Source: Thermoplasmatota archaeon
GTDB taxonomy: Archaea; Thermoplasmatota; E2; DHVEG-1
DNA: 63,040 bases
Assembly (NCBI GenBank): GCA_016932245.1
Contig: JAFGDG010000111.1
Span: forward strand, 1-63,040
Reading direction: 5' to 3'
The notes below the pieces were generated by a model, which was given only the letters and a program-made list of their open reading frames with translations, made no database searches and had not been told where the DNA came from. Shown piece after piece: positions 9,401 through 16,095 of the stretch; position 1 is the first letter of the stretch; the number at the start of each line of letters is the position of its first letter. A program made the position numbers and the translations under genes.

Positions 9401-10303
9401 ATTGAGAAATGACGGCGCTTCTTCAAGAGTTCTATTCCACTTCAAATTATATGCATCATCCCATATGCGGCACATTGATCGATTTGTTAACGAGTTAATC
9501 GTAAGTTCGTACACATACTCATTTCCTTCTTGGGTCTTGCGTTCCCGACCAGTTGATGCATCAAGGGAACTTAACTGTAGTGCTGGTTGAGTTTCTGTCG
9601 CATCGACATCCCAGTTGTAATACATCTTAAGAAAGATGGATTCTCCCGGTTCAGAATCATTATACTGACAGGCACCAAAGTCCGCGTGTCCTGCCCACCC
9701 TTCTGCATCAATTTCATACAAATTGCTTTTCCAACGAATTCGAGACTGTACTCCAATTGTCGCTTCCCGAATATAATAATGACCGCCTTCTGTGTCGTGT
9801 TTATAAAAATAGCGGGTGGTATTGCTGCTAAAATCATCAAAAAAGGGAAATGTTTCGTAACCATTGCTGTGGTCGACAGCAAAAAGATTTCCGTAGTAGA
9901 GATAGATTGTCCGATTTCCATCTGTCTTTATCCAGACTTTCGCGTAGTGATCGTTTCCATCTTCACCTCTTTCTTCAATCCAATAGGGCAATTCTTCGCC
10001 ATTACTGATAAATCGTATGTCGGAGAAATCTTCGTTACAATTATTTTCACAATCAACGCTGTTGTCTTTATCATGACCATTTTCTTTATAGATAGTAAGA
10101 GGAATCTGGTCTCCCACAGAAGCAGTAACCAGAGTCAATGCCTTTCGGTAGTTCCAGCGATCATTCCACCAGGGAATGACACTTTCCCCAGCAGACGCTA
10201 TGATGTTTCCTTGTCCAATTAGACCTTCCACTAGAGAAAAAAGCAAAAGAAACACAATAACACCGGATACTATCCTTCCTCTTATCTCCCCACCAACTGC
10301 CAA
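416..10303 (-). CDS. giant (3295 aa) membrane-anchored mosaic surface protein with C25 cysteine peptidase, LamG, PKD array, beta-helix and dockerin-like modules
   Basis: Single uninterrupted ORF with a TTG start. The N-terminal hydrophobic signal/anchor is IVSGVIVFLLLFSLVEGLIG. Domain motifs are listed in the sub-features. All overlapping antisense ORFs in the track are short and low-complexity. Confidence 0.85.
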   Translation of the reverse strand: MAVGGEIRGRIVSGVIVFLLLFSLVEGLIGQGNIIASAGESVIPWWNDRWNYRKALTLVTASVGDQIPLTIYKENGHDKDNSVDCENNCNEDFSDIRFISNGEELPYWIEERGEDGNDHYAKVWIKTDGNRTIYLYYGNLFAVDHSNGYETFPFFDDFSSNTTRYFYKHDTEGGHYYIREATIGVQSRIRWKSNLYEIDAEGWAGHADFGACQYNDSEPGESIFLKMYYNWDVDATETQPALQLSSLDASTGRERKTQEGNEYVYELTINSLTNRSMCRIWDDAYNLKWNRTLEEAPSFLNYLSIYHFDYHHHGGCQQERIEWLAADRRLRSFCKGDHYGGLSWIDNRIDWWFVSSYIGSDDALMETGEQEFREELRETVYVDHEFTNETAGWGVTHFDTIQKGLDNVSVNGTVVVFEGEYQENVRMNRPARLVAKNQNVIIEGRGKGDVVTLTVNNCTIQNFTIQNSGSGAGISIQSNGNIIEYNQIVENYYGIWAEETTGNRISSNIISNNKGGLRLRNTNRTVVAANTFVINEWEGIVLESSYNALLEDNTFQYNGISLSGPRLAWKTHIINNNVVNDKPLYFYKNEEDITVPSDAGQVILADCTNILIDGATLSYVDVGVQVGHSSKITITNSTFTANIQSAIQLYFSEENGIISNTLFENGIDIWESSTNTIEDNRITEADLGLNLYDSSDNMIRDNHIVDNTFGAWLHNYCEGNIVDGNVIAGNPQGGIWLMGDCVTNTFTNNTFNTNGELSPHKANVYLEGGSDGNLFYHNNFITEFVSVYDEAVNSWDNGEAAGGNYWSDYGGVDDDGDGIGDTPYKIPSSSNSDHYPFMEQHGWNNGPYPASSPSPTDGATDVSMDQVLRWIGGDPERDAVIFDVYLGTTNPPPLVANNLLVAHYNPDITYGEKYYWQIDTEDIYGRSAPGPLWTFTTQSGPPVADMSWSPQVPQKHETIQFTDLSIERGTEIVLWDWFFGDGEASSEQHPTHTYETSGSYMVTLLITDERGQSDQISKYAYVETLPSVADFTYSPNEPSTNDFVQFTDVSFVDPENDIVSWYWSFGDGIASTMQNPRHRYTQQGTYAVNLTIKDSTGGEDTTSQYITVAPNQRPNAAFSFSPNEPVQAERVHFIDESIDGDGGIVSWSWQFGDGRHSSSRHPAHRYSFNGTYTVTLTVTDNSGSQDTARATIVVGNARPRAKFSYIPLGPKVGDSVSFIDQSTDGDGDIISWYWLFGDGETSTEQNPLHVYQAPGPFRASLTVTDDSGEIDIYYTTVEVVANTRPHADPGGPYTARPNEQLVIDGSGSTDPDGGIVDYRWDFTNDGIYDTEWITNPTITHRYGGVSTYVVRLEVRDDEGATDTGATTVTISENTGPIADAGGPYIETINTSLQFYGGKSCDGDGSIIGYRWDFTNDGMYDTDWLTSTKTSHSYSVLGYFTVKLEIIDNEGKTATDTATVQIREVVNQPPVADAGGPYNGHVLSSITFNASGSSDVEDGLVGYRWDFTGDGIWDTEWASSPTTTHSYSAAGTYTVKLQVKDDEEQYDEDTTTALITEVTNRQPIADAGGPYTARINKIVVFTGKASVDPDGSIVGYRWDFTGDGVYDTEWLDTTTTTHTFSKTGTYTAVLQVKDNDDAIDTDTTTITITSNSPPTADAGGPYTADVGEELLFDGSASGDSDGPLTGYRWDVTGDGVWDTNWLPDSFFSYEYEIVGTFTVLLQVRDSDRATDSDTAVATITVNSPPTADAGGPYTGVTDIPVTFDASESSDIDGSIVGYRWDFTGDGIYDTSWIMSAQQHTYAVAGTYTVKVQVKDDDSALDTDTATVTISSNNVPIADAGGPYSGFVNDEISLDASASYDSDGSIVGYRWDFTNDGVYDTSWSTTAHITRQYGFAGTYVATVQVQDNDGAQSTNSATVTITDGYLRGLWHFNEGTGFTVYDSSGSNNHGIVHGASWSAQGKFNRGLYFDGEHDYVSIAGMTASYDIFTISIWAQSEDLEGYHTLMSRQNGGGIGRDALAIDDGELVTSLGGVVKVTGFLPQEEVWHHYVLVYANNRITIYVDGIEQCSMNVTEEGATGAVIIGANKNLLQHFEGGIDEIAIWNRALSLQEIQNLYSVPNKPTLEFPANRTQWVDPTIGLLSCVVSEPYSFEEPEVEQVSLGGTLYDRVTLDGAQGLGDPGEPCLPSSGVYLLLPPDSEVCNIAITTSDQEKLEGTYLVEPSPMPAQLSSDYEGTNPVPDESIYTSDQMFPGNLYTEIGIYQFRGYDILVLTLHPVQYKPASGELFYYRDMLVEVETSGSGTMNTFYRQFDSDAEALGDFVDNPEVAHLYGMGDGSGESPTGEHDLVIITTDSLKEGFEPLREAHDAEGVKTFIATTEEIYSGYTGVDNAEKIRNFIRDAYTNLGIEYVLLGGDDNVVPARHLWVQSWYGGYTVTKPSDIYYGCLDGSFNRDNDGRWGEPTDGDSGGDVDLLAEVYVGRACVDSQTEVENFVSKTIAYIDADEDEYLNEVLFVGEYLGFGGPSNWGGNHKDEMIDGSSMHGYTTVGIPTEEYTIDTLYDRDGYWSKTSLKNRINNGVHIINHLGHANYYNNLKMSTSDVQSLTNDKYCFIYSQGCMAGGFDDRDCIAEYFTAKTAHGAVAGIWNARYGWGRYHSTDGPSQRFDREFWDAVFNENLTAMGKANQDSKEDNLYRIWDSCMRWCYYGLNLFGDPTLDFVNRKGTEPDDEVKGSLDVRFHWGNGALIGTDTEVTNNSVASVEIDELPRYTNISWYVVIDDGLNEIVGPQWWFTVDAYDWDINRDGRVDDIDSQLLVERYGETGVPGWIREDIIGDGRVNILDLMIFVNHYGEAYVLEFEQDKVAGTLTVTTVYMDDLKWSDLAITGATLESNVGAYVTPGDRLINCMNDVSIQYVPVPTVSWSWSFLGGETPEAQSEEEQPVLGINCDVNKDGIIDTEDVELVTEQYGETGEPGWIPEDINEDGRIDYQDVSALVTNYEGNEEIPPELQLRQSDQELAFTSEERVSSIYTNGEGVVRSLMVEQTPFCLYSVDEDAIPEYLVDTTTQEMVPVAYTPATVSDIAVNTQDETIIVTIHVQKADWIYITVEDLYPDLNEIIVKSSDNRTIGSEMIWRENGTISILDDPETEYYIIYRAVATGANSLTIGTIVIDPFSAALGGTIGSFTLLMVALILHHKKKKPQQDKIRIIRRTMEDVDTFINECASQDTELAQEHNPTKRRLLQMVYANDVDASTVLSALHISMSDLEQVVQELVEDGLMEYTMDNEVEITEKGISYITKYKEK
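419..727 (-). other. cytoplasmic C-terminal tail (103 aa) with a winged-helix (MarR/PadR-like) pattern
   Basis: The sequence after HHKKKK is ...TKRRLLQMVYANDVDASTVLSALHISMSDLEQVVQELVEDGLMEYTMDNEVEITEKGISYITKYKEK. This fits a helix / helix / recognition-helix / beta-wing pattern. Confidence 0.5.
746..814 (-). other. single transmembrane helix with positive-inside stop-transfer
   Basis: AALGGTIGSFTLLMVALIL is followed by HHKKKK. Confidence 0.7.
1330..1500 (-). other. dockerin-like double EF-hand module 2
   Basis: DVNKDGIIDTEDVELVTEQYGETGEPGWIPEDINEDGRIDYQDVSALVTNY contains two DxNxDGxxD calcium-loop-like segments. Confidence 0.55.
1775..1935 (-). other. dockerin-like double EF-hand module 1
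   Basis: DINRDGRVDDIDSQLLVERYGETGVPGWIREDIIGDGRVNILDLMIFVNHY. It shares the YGETGxPGWIxEDI linker with module 2. Confidence 0.55.
2160..3950 (-). other. peptidase C25 (gingipain-like) propeptide plus catalytic domain
   Basis: Propeptide-like segment: YQFRGYDILVLTLHPVQYKPASGELFYYRDMLVEVE. Catalytic His context: INHLGHANYYN (~2552-2575). Catalytic Cys context: FIYSQGCMAGGFDD (Cys codon 2465-2467). Confidence 0.7.
3960..4543 (-). other. LamG / concanavalin-A-like lectin domain
   Basis: GLWHFNEGTGFTVYDSSGSNNHGIVHGASW...GLYFDGEHDYVSI...ITIYVDGIE...IDEIAIWNRALSLQEIQNLY is a typical Laminin_G_3-style pattern. Confidence 0.65.
4544..7489 (-). repeat. tandem array of 11 PKD-domain coding repeats (~85-92 aa each)
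   Basis: Four repeats (~6460-7489) are of the type PxAxFSxSP...FxDxSxD..GxIxSWxWxFGDG...HxY...GxYxVxLTVTD. Seven repeats (~4544-6460) are of the type P(I/T)ADAGGPY...GSIVGYRWDFTxDGxYDTxW...GTYTVxLQVxDD. Confidence 0.85.
7815..9165 (-). other. right-handed parallel beta-helix (NosD/PbH1-like) region
   Basis: Repeating ~22-aa units (NCTIQNFTIQNSGSGAGISIQSNGNIIEYNQIVENYYGIWAEETTGNRISSNIISNN...). The region ends with NYWSDYGGVDDDGDGIGDTPYKIP. Confidence 0.7.
9850..10175 (-). other. DUF2341-like N-terminal domain
   Basis: WWNDRWNYRKALTL...DFSDIRFISNGEELPYWIEE...HYAKVWIKTDGNRTIYLYYGN. Confidence 0.55.
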
Positions 10304-10400
10304 TTATAGCATATGCTAATCATTGACATGACATACTTTATCATTTACACTATATATACTTATGGTGTAAAACTAACAATATGGAAAAATACCAACAAAC

Positions 10401-11315
10401 CTAGGTTGTTTTAATGGTTCCCAAAATAGGTTCGTAAATCAATCCTTTATCCATTAGCGAGGTTAATGCTTCCTCAATGGCATCTTTTTCTAGTCCTACT
10501 TTCTTGCACTGTTCAGTGATAGCATCCCAAGGAGCACCTTCTTCGCCCTCAATCTTTTTAATGGTCTCAAGAACTGTAGTTTCAATCTCTTGAAAATCGT
10601 CAGATTCCCCTTCTTTTGGAGGAGCCGCCTCTGCTTTTTTCTTTGTTTCCTTTGTCTGCTTTTTTGCCGGGCTTTCTTGGTCTGAAGTAGGCAATTCTTC
10701 CCGGCCTGGAGTTAGATACTGTAAAGATTCTTGGATAACGGTCAAATATTTGTTTACATCAACTGCACCATAATGTTTTAAAGCGGTAACTACCCCCTCA
10801 GCCAGATCTTTGCCATAGCCAAGCTTTCGTAAATCATGTACATTTGAGGGGTTCATTTTCATGGCTTCAATTATAGCTTCAATTCGATTTTTTGTTGATT
10901 GGCAGGTTTCAAGGATCCATTGATCTCTGGTGTTGGCATCAACCTCAATTACCTTTTCAGGGCGAATAGAAACGTACAATGTTCCCTCTTCAGGAATGTA
11001 GGTTCGTGATTTTCCGACAACAGCAACAAATGCAGGAGCATCTATTGCTGAAAGAGCACTAGTCGCTTCTTGTTGATATTGCCCAGAATATAAGGTAAAC
11101 ACTCCTGTTGGATCAGAGATATGTGCACGGACAAGATCTCCGCCTTCAGAAACGTTTTCAACGTCGGTGAGCACACCGATAATAAAGACACGATTTACTT
11201 TTGCTCCAAGTGGAGTAACAATATATGATGGTGTTTTCTCGCCATCTCCCTTCAGTTCCATGGTCGCGTCGTTGTATTCGCTGGCAAATACCCGCCAGGC
11301 TACTTCTCGATTCAT
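10401..11315 (-). CDS. RPA32/Rpa2-like (RPA-associated OB-fold) subunit with C-terminal winged-helix-like segment
   Basis: The OB-fold half reads NRVFIIGVLTDVENVSEGGDLVRAHISDPTGVFTLYSGQYQ. A Lys/Glu-rich linker follows, then the C-terminus ETTVLETIKKIEGEEGAPWDAITEQCKKVGLEKDAIEEALTSLMDKGLIYEP. The start overlaps the upstream stop (ATGA at 11312-11315). Confidence 0.6.
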   Translation of the reverse strand: MNREVAWRVFASEYNDATMELKGDGEKTPSYIVTPLGAKVNRVFIIGVLTDVENVSEGGDLVRAHISDPTGVFTLYSGQYQQEATSALSAIDAPAFVAVVGKSRTYIPEEGTLYVSIRPEKVIEVDANTRDQWILETCQSTKNRIEAIIEAMKMNPSNVHDLRKLGYGKDLAEGVVTALKHYGAVDVNKYLTVIQESLQYLTPGREELPTSDQESPAKKQTKETKKKAEAAPPKEGESDDFQEIETTVLETIKKIEGEEGAPWDAITEQCKKVGLEKDAIEEALTSLMDKGLIYEPILGTIKTT

Positions 11316-12613
11316 CGTAATGCCTCCACGGCTTCTAATAAGGCACTTGCCTCTTTGTTTATATCAATCGTCACTGGTTCCGCCTCTTTGGCAATGATAG
11401 TGGTTCCAAATGAATCGCCGAGAGCATTGCCCTGTATTAACAATCTTGATGCAAAGACCCTCTTCTGTAATTCATCAATAAGTACATCATTACCTTTTTT
11501 TTGCCATTCTTCTAACGATATGCCAAGTAATTTTTCTGTTATCTCTCGGTTTAAAATAGCGTTGATCGATCCAGTGCCATCATCAAGAATTGCCTTCACT
11601 CTGAGATCTGGTTTTCCTTTAACCTTTCCATGGATTTGACACTCCTCGTTGAGAAGTGCACGATTGCATTCGGGACATCTACTAATGAGCCCAGATCCCT
11701 CTCGAATTTCGATGACGGTTCCTTCGATTTTTACATCTAAGGCGCCTCCTTTCTCCACTAATCGATGCAGAGGCATATGCACTGTTGCTATGTCTCCTTT
11801 TGGCATCTTGCTTTTATCTATCTTTTTAACTTTTGCTTTTTCATCAAAGGTAAGTTGTGGGATGCCTTTCCATGATTTTACATATCCGCCAGTAATACGC
11901 ACCACATCATCAGTTTTTAAGTCAAAATTATGCCATGAGGTAAATTGTGCTTTGCCTGTCTCATCACCAATAATGCCTGAAAACACCTGTTTAGTTTCTC
12001 CTCCGACGCCTACCTCTCGTTTATTGACATCAACAATGCGGGCAGTGACATCGACGGTACCTAGCCCTGACCGCAACTCTGCAATTTTCAGCTCTTTTGG
12101 TTCATAAGCACTTTCAGGAAGTTTATTGTTATCGGTCTTGGTGATGGTCACTCGATCACCGAGATTAATTTGGATATTTCCTTGCCATTCTCTGGTGTAG
12201 GCGTTAGTGATTTCAATAACATCTCCCTTTTCAAAATCAAAAGCCCCCCACGATGTAAAGGGGACAGTGCCACTTTCATCACCAAGAATACCATAAAAGA
12301 TAGATCGATTTTCGCCCTTTACCGTTATTTCTTTTGGGTTCACCGTTATGATTCGGCAGAGCAAATGAACATTGGGTTCATTAGGTTGTAAATCAGCAAT
12401 AACTTTTCGTTCTGTGCTGACTGGTCCAGGGATAGATTTTCCACTACCAAATTTTTTAATCAGGGTTTGTTTTGCCTGCGTAAGGGGAACACCATATTCT
12501 AAAAATTTCTTCAATTCTTTTTCAAGTTCTTCTTTACTCACACCTTTTTCCGATTCCTCACTGAGAACATCTAAGATATCCTCTATGTGTGCGCTAAGAT
12601 CATCAACTGGCAT
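11312..12613 (-). CDS. replication protein A large subunit (multi-OB-fold ssDNA-binding protein with zinc finger)
   Basis: Repeated OB-fold segments (FYGILGDESGTVPFTSW, FSGIIGDETGKAQFTSW). C-x2-C-x8-C-x2-H finger: CPECNRALLNEECQIH. GGGAGGT SD lies upstream of the ATG at 12613. Confidence 0.7.
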   Translation of the reverse strand: MPVDDLSAHIEDILDVLSEESEKGVSKEELEKELKKFLEYGVPLTQAKQTLIKKFGSGKSIPGPVSTERKVIADLQPNEPNVHLLCRIITVNPKEITVKGENRSIFYGILGDESGTVPFTSWGAFDFEKGDVIEITNAYTREWQGNIQINLGDRVTITKTDNNKLPESAYEPKELKIAELRSGLGTVDVTARIVDVNKREVGVGGETKQVFSGIIGDETGKAQFTSWHNFDLKTDDVVRITGGYVKSWKGIPQLTFDEKAKVKKIDKSKMPKGDIATVHMPLHRLVEKGGALDVKIEGTVIEIREGSGLISRCPECNRALLNEECQIHGKVKGKPDLRVKAILDDGTGSINAILNREITEKLLGISLEEWQKKGNDVLIDELQKRVFASRLLIQGNALGDSFGTTIIAKEAEPVTIDINKEASALLEAVEALR

Positions 12614-12633
12614 AAGGGTAACCTCCCAAAAAT

Positions 12634-12663
12634 GGATAGATTATATGCTATATCAATCTATCC
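12634..12663. promoter_or_regulatory. 9-bp inverted repeat bracketing the TATA-like element of the RPA operon promoter
   Basis: ggatagatt (12634-12642) - atatgctatatc - aatctatcc (12655-12663). It lies 21-50 nt upstream of the RPA ATG. Confidence 0.35.
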
Positions 12664-12684
12664 TTATTTTTATCCTTGCTGGTA

Positions 12685-14322
12685 TTAATATAATCCGATA
12701 ATCGTTCCGTTGCTATCAATGTCGATGCGTTCCGCACTCGGCTTTTTTGGCAGCCCAGGCATAGTAGTAATTTTTCCAGTCATGGGCACAAGAAAACCAG
12801 CACCTGCAGAAAATTTAATTGAGCGCACGGTAATTTTAAATCCTTCAGGGCGTCCGAGAAATTGCGGGTCGTCAGAAAGGGAATATTGCGTTTTTGCGAT
12901 ACAGATGGGCAAGTTATCTAATCCCAATTCTTCGCAGATTTTAATGTCTTGTTCCGCAGTAACGGTATAGACCACCCGTTCTGCGCCGTACATGCTTGTG
13001 GCAACACGTTCAATCTTTTCCTTTACCGACTTTTTTACATCATAGAGGTACGTGAAACGTGAAGGAGTATTATGGATAAGATTTACTAGCTTTCCTGCAA
13101 GCTCAATCCCTCCTTCTCCACCTTCATTCCATACATCGGTTACTGCGAAGGAAATCCGCTTCTTCTTACAAAACGCTTCGACAGTTTCCAGTTCTTTTTT
13201 CGTGTCTTTGGTAAAATGGTTAAGAGCGACAACAACAGGGATGCCAAAAGAGGAGATATTTCCGAGATGTTTTTCAAGATTTGGCAGTCCTTTCTCTAGG
13301 CTACCGTATCCATTTTTTTTCAATGCTTTGATACTTACAACCATCACGACAGCATCTGGCTTGAAATTTCCTATTCGACACACGATATCAAAAAATTTTT
13401 CAGCTCCAAGTTCAGAGCCAAATCCCGCTTCAGTGACAAAATAATCGGCAAGTTTGAGTCCCATGGTAGTAGCAATGATGCTATTTGTTCCATGAGCAAT
13501 GTTTGCAAAGGGGCCGCCATGGACGAGTGCAGGAACTCCTTCAATTGTTTGTACAAGGTTGGGGCATATTGCATCTTTCAATAATGTTGCCATGGCACCC
13601 ACTGCTTTCAAATCTTTTGCAGTGATAGGTTTGTTATCGTAGGTGTATGCGACAATGATTTTTGCGAGCCGTTTCTTTAAGTCCTGCAGATCTTTTGCTA
13701 AACAAAGAATTGCCATAATTTCTGAAGCAGGTGTGATCGCAAATTCTACTTGATGAGGTACGCCATCTTTTGGCCCCCCCAGACCAACCACAACATTTCG
13801 CAGTGCTCGGTCACTGATATCAAGTACTCGTGGCCATACAATATACCGGGGATCAATGTGAAATTCATCACCATGGTGAATGTGATTATCAAGAAGACTT
13901 GCTAAAAGGTTATGAGCACTTGTTACCGCATGCATATCACCGGTGAAGTGAAGATTAATGTCTTCCATGGGAAGCACTTGCGCATAGCCACCACCGGTTG
14001 CGCCGCCTTTAATGCCCATCATCGGACCAAGTGATGGCTCGCGAATACCAAGCATCGTTTTTTTCCCCAGCTTTGCAAGTGCTTGAGCAAGCCCAATAGT
14101 AATGGTTGTTTTTCCTTCACCTTCTGAGGTTGGATTAATGGTGGTTACTAAAATGAGTTTTCCATGCGTTTTTTCTTGTAAACGTTCCAAAAGACGCAGT
14201 GAAAGTTTTGCTTTGTAATTGCCACAGCAGGTAACTTCGTCTTCGTTGATGCCTGCTGTAGCAGCGACATCCACTATGAGTTTAAGTGCAGTGTTTCGAG
14301 CAATCTCAATATCTGATTTCAT
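12685..14322 (-). CDS. fhs: formate--tetrahydrofolate ligase
   Basis: 545 aa. P-loop context PTSEGEGKTTITIGLAQAL, with family-typical length and motifs throughout. Confidence 0.9.
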   Translation of the reverse strand: MKSDIEIARNTALKLIVDVAATAGINEDEVTCCGNYKAKLSLRLLERLQEKTHGKLILVTTINPTSEGEGKTTITIGLAQALAKLGKKTMLGIREPSLGPMMGIKGGATGGGYAQVLPMEDINLHFTGDMHAVTSAHNLLASLLDNHIHHGDEFHIDPRYIVWPRVLDISDRALRNVVVGLGGPKDGVPHQVEFAITPASEIMAILCLAKDLQDLKKRLAKIIVAYTYDNKPITAKDLKAVGAMATLLKDAICPNLVQTIEGVPALVHGGPFANIAHGTNSIIATTMGLKLADYFVTEAGFGSELGAEKFFDIVCRIGNFKPDAVVMVVSIKALKKNGYGSLEKGLPNLEKHLGNISSFGIPVVVALNHFTKDTKKELETVEAFCKKKRISFAVTDVWNEGGEGGIELAGKLVNLIHNTPSRFTYLYDVKKSVKEKIERVATSMYGAERVVYTVTAEQDIKICEELGLDNLPICIAKTQYSLSDDPQFLGRPEGFKITVRSIKFSAGAGFLVPMTGKITTMPGLPKKPSAERIDIDSNGTIIGLY

Positions 14323-14377
14323 ACTGGATAACGAAGAGAAGAAGTCCTACTTATATGTTATTCGTTGCGAGATGCCG

Positions 14378-16039
14378 TTACATCTTTTCATTAACGATGT
14401 CCAAGATTTTTTTTGTTTTTTTCTCTGTTCTCTGCTCAATAGCATTAAGTTCTTGCATAAGTTGTTTGGTAAATTTCTCATCTTTAATAGAACTGAGATT
14501 AATTTTTGCATTTAACACTGCTGCTTTAACACCTACCTTTGTCACAAGTGCAGACACTGCTGCATCAGTTATCGAATTTCGATTTCCTTTTTCTGCAACC
14601 ATTTGTAAAACATCAAGAATCTGTTCACAAGTCTTTGCTGTTTTCAGGGGAACTTGTGCGGCAGTCTTATATCCTTTTTGAATGGCGTGCGACCGTTTTT
14701 GTTTTTGTAACTCTGTTTCTTTAGGCATCTTAAACGCTCGTATAACATCAGTAAACGCGTCCGTATCTTCATCAATAAGGACAATCAATTCCTTCCGCAA
14801 TTGTTCGCTTTTTTTGAGTAGCTCCTTTATATCATCTTCAACGTTTTTGTAGGATTCTTTTCCTAACGTCAAATTGCACACCATGGAGGACAATGCTGCT
14901 CCAAGCGCCCCTGAAAGAGCAGCCACACTACCTCCCCCTGGAGCCGGACTCTTTGATGCAAGTTCTGATAAGAAATTACCGATGGTCATCGAAACAAGAG
15001 GGCCTGTTTCTTCAACCATATATTCAATTACCTTGTTTTCAGTTTTAAACTCATATAAATCAGAGAGACCTAGCTGATCAATGGCCAACATGACCAGATC
15101 TTCTTCACCTGATGTGTTAATGTGTTGTTTTTTCGCATAAAATTTACCAGCAAGTACAAGCGCATCTTTCGGAACTAATCCCACAATCTCACTCCCAGTC
15201 ACTTGTACGCCAAGTTTTGCCGCTTCCTCCTTTGTTGCTTCAAACACGTCATGGAGATTTACATCTCGATAATGCAAGAGATTCATCGATACTTGAGCAA
15301 TGTTTTCGTCATACATCATGCCACCGGCTTGTACCCCTTTAAACCTTCCAGGAATCCGCTCAGCCTTTCTATTTGACCCTATGATTTTATTTCCCTTGCT
15401 GTCTGTTTTTACGACCCCGCTTGTTCGTATCTTTCCCGCGATTGTTGATGCAATGGTTTTATTGCCAGTGTTAAGATTGATATTATAGGCAATCAAAATC
15501 TCTCGTGCACCTGTTGCTGTCGCGCCACTTTTGGGTACAAAGGCCGGTTTACCAAAATCAGGTTTGAACGCAGGATCTTTGAATTTTCCTTCAAGTGCTT
15601 CATACTCTCCTTTGCGAATGTCCGGCAATCTCACACGTTCCGGTTTCGTTGCCGATTGTGCATAGAGAAAGACGGGCACTCCTAGTTCTTCTGCCATTTG
15701 TTTACCAAACCGTTTTGACAGTTCAATACAATCTTTCTCTGTCACTCCTTTAATGGGGATAAATGGCATGACATCAAGGGCACCCATTCGGGCATGTTCT
15801 CCTTTGTGTTTTGTCATATCAATAAGAGCCACGCCTATCCTTGTTGCTTGTAAAGCTGCCTCGAGTACAGATTCAGGTTCTCCAACAAACGTATACACTG
15901 TTCGATTAAAGTCAGCGCCGGGATCAACATTGAGAAGTTTTACCCCATCAACAGCAGTAATTGCTGCAGCAATGGCGTTAATCACTGCTTTATTTTTCCC
16001 TTCGCTGAAATTGGGTACACATTCGACAATTTTGTCCAT
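14378..16039 (-). CDS. ftcD: bifunctional glutamate formimidoyltransferase / formimidoyl-THF cyclodeaminase
   Basis: The N-terminus (VECVPNFSEGKNKAVI...NRTVYTFVG...HKGEHARMGALDVMPFIP) is close to eukaryotic FTCD. The C-terminal ~200-aa helical cyclodeaminase domain contains APGGGSVAALSGALGAAL. Confidence 0.85.
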   Translation of the reverse strand: MDKIVECVPNFSEGKNKAVINAIAAAITAVDGVKLLNVDPGADFNRTVYTFVGEPESVLEAALQATRIGVALIDMTKHKGEHARMGALDVMPFIPIKGVTEKDCIELSKRFGKQMAEELGVPVFLYAQSATKPERVRLPDIRKGEYEALEGKFKDPAFKPDFGKPAFVPKSGATATGAREILIAYNINLNTGNKTIASTIAGKIRTSGVVKTDSKGNKIIGSNRKAERIPGRFKGVQAGGMMYDENIAQVSMNLLHYRDVNLHDVFEATKEEAAKLGVQVTGSEIVGLVPKDALVLAGKFYAKKQHINTSGEEDLVMLAIDQLGLSDLYEFKTENKVIEYMVEETGPLVSMTIGNFLSELASKSPAPGGGSVAALSGALGAALSSMVCNLTLGKESYKNVEDDIKELLKKSEQLRKELIVLIDEDTDAFTDVIRAFKMPKETELQKQKRSHAIQKGYKTAAQVPLKTAKTCEQILDVLQMVAEKGNRNSITDAAVSALVTKVGVKAAVLNAKINLSSIKDEKFTKQLMQELNAIEQRTEKKTKKILDIVNEKM

Positions 16040-16095
16040 TATGCCACCGTAAACCCTTAATCTAGGTTCTTCTTTTAACTGTTTGGTAATCAGCC

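Noticed and set aside
559-10222. About 25 ORFs of 60-211 aa in the track overlap the giant gene on either strand (for example 6011..6523 +, 9587..10222 +, 8701..9006 -).
   Set aside because: They lie inside a 9.9-kb ORF with continuous domain homology. Their products are low-complexity or hydrophobic strings, typical of antisense or alternate frames of repeat-rich coding DNA.
10323-10358. TTGACA and TATATATA lie upstream of the giant gene, resembling the bipartite promoter.
   Set aside because: The spacing is 22 nt rather than 17. The orientation points away from the giant gene, into the 3' end of the RPA32-like gene.
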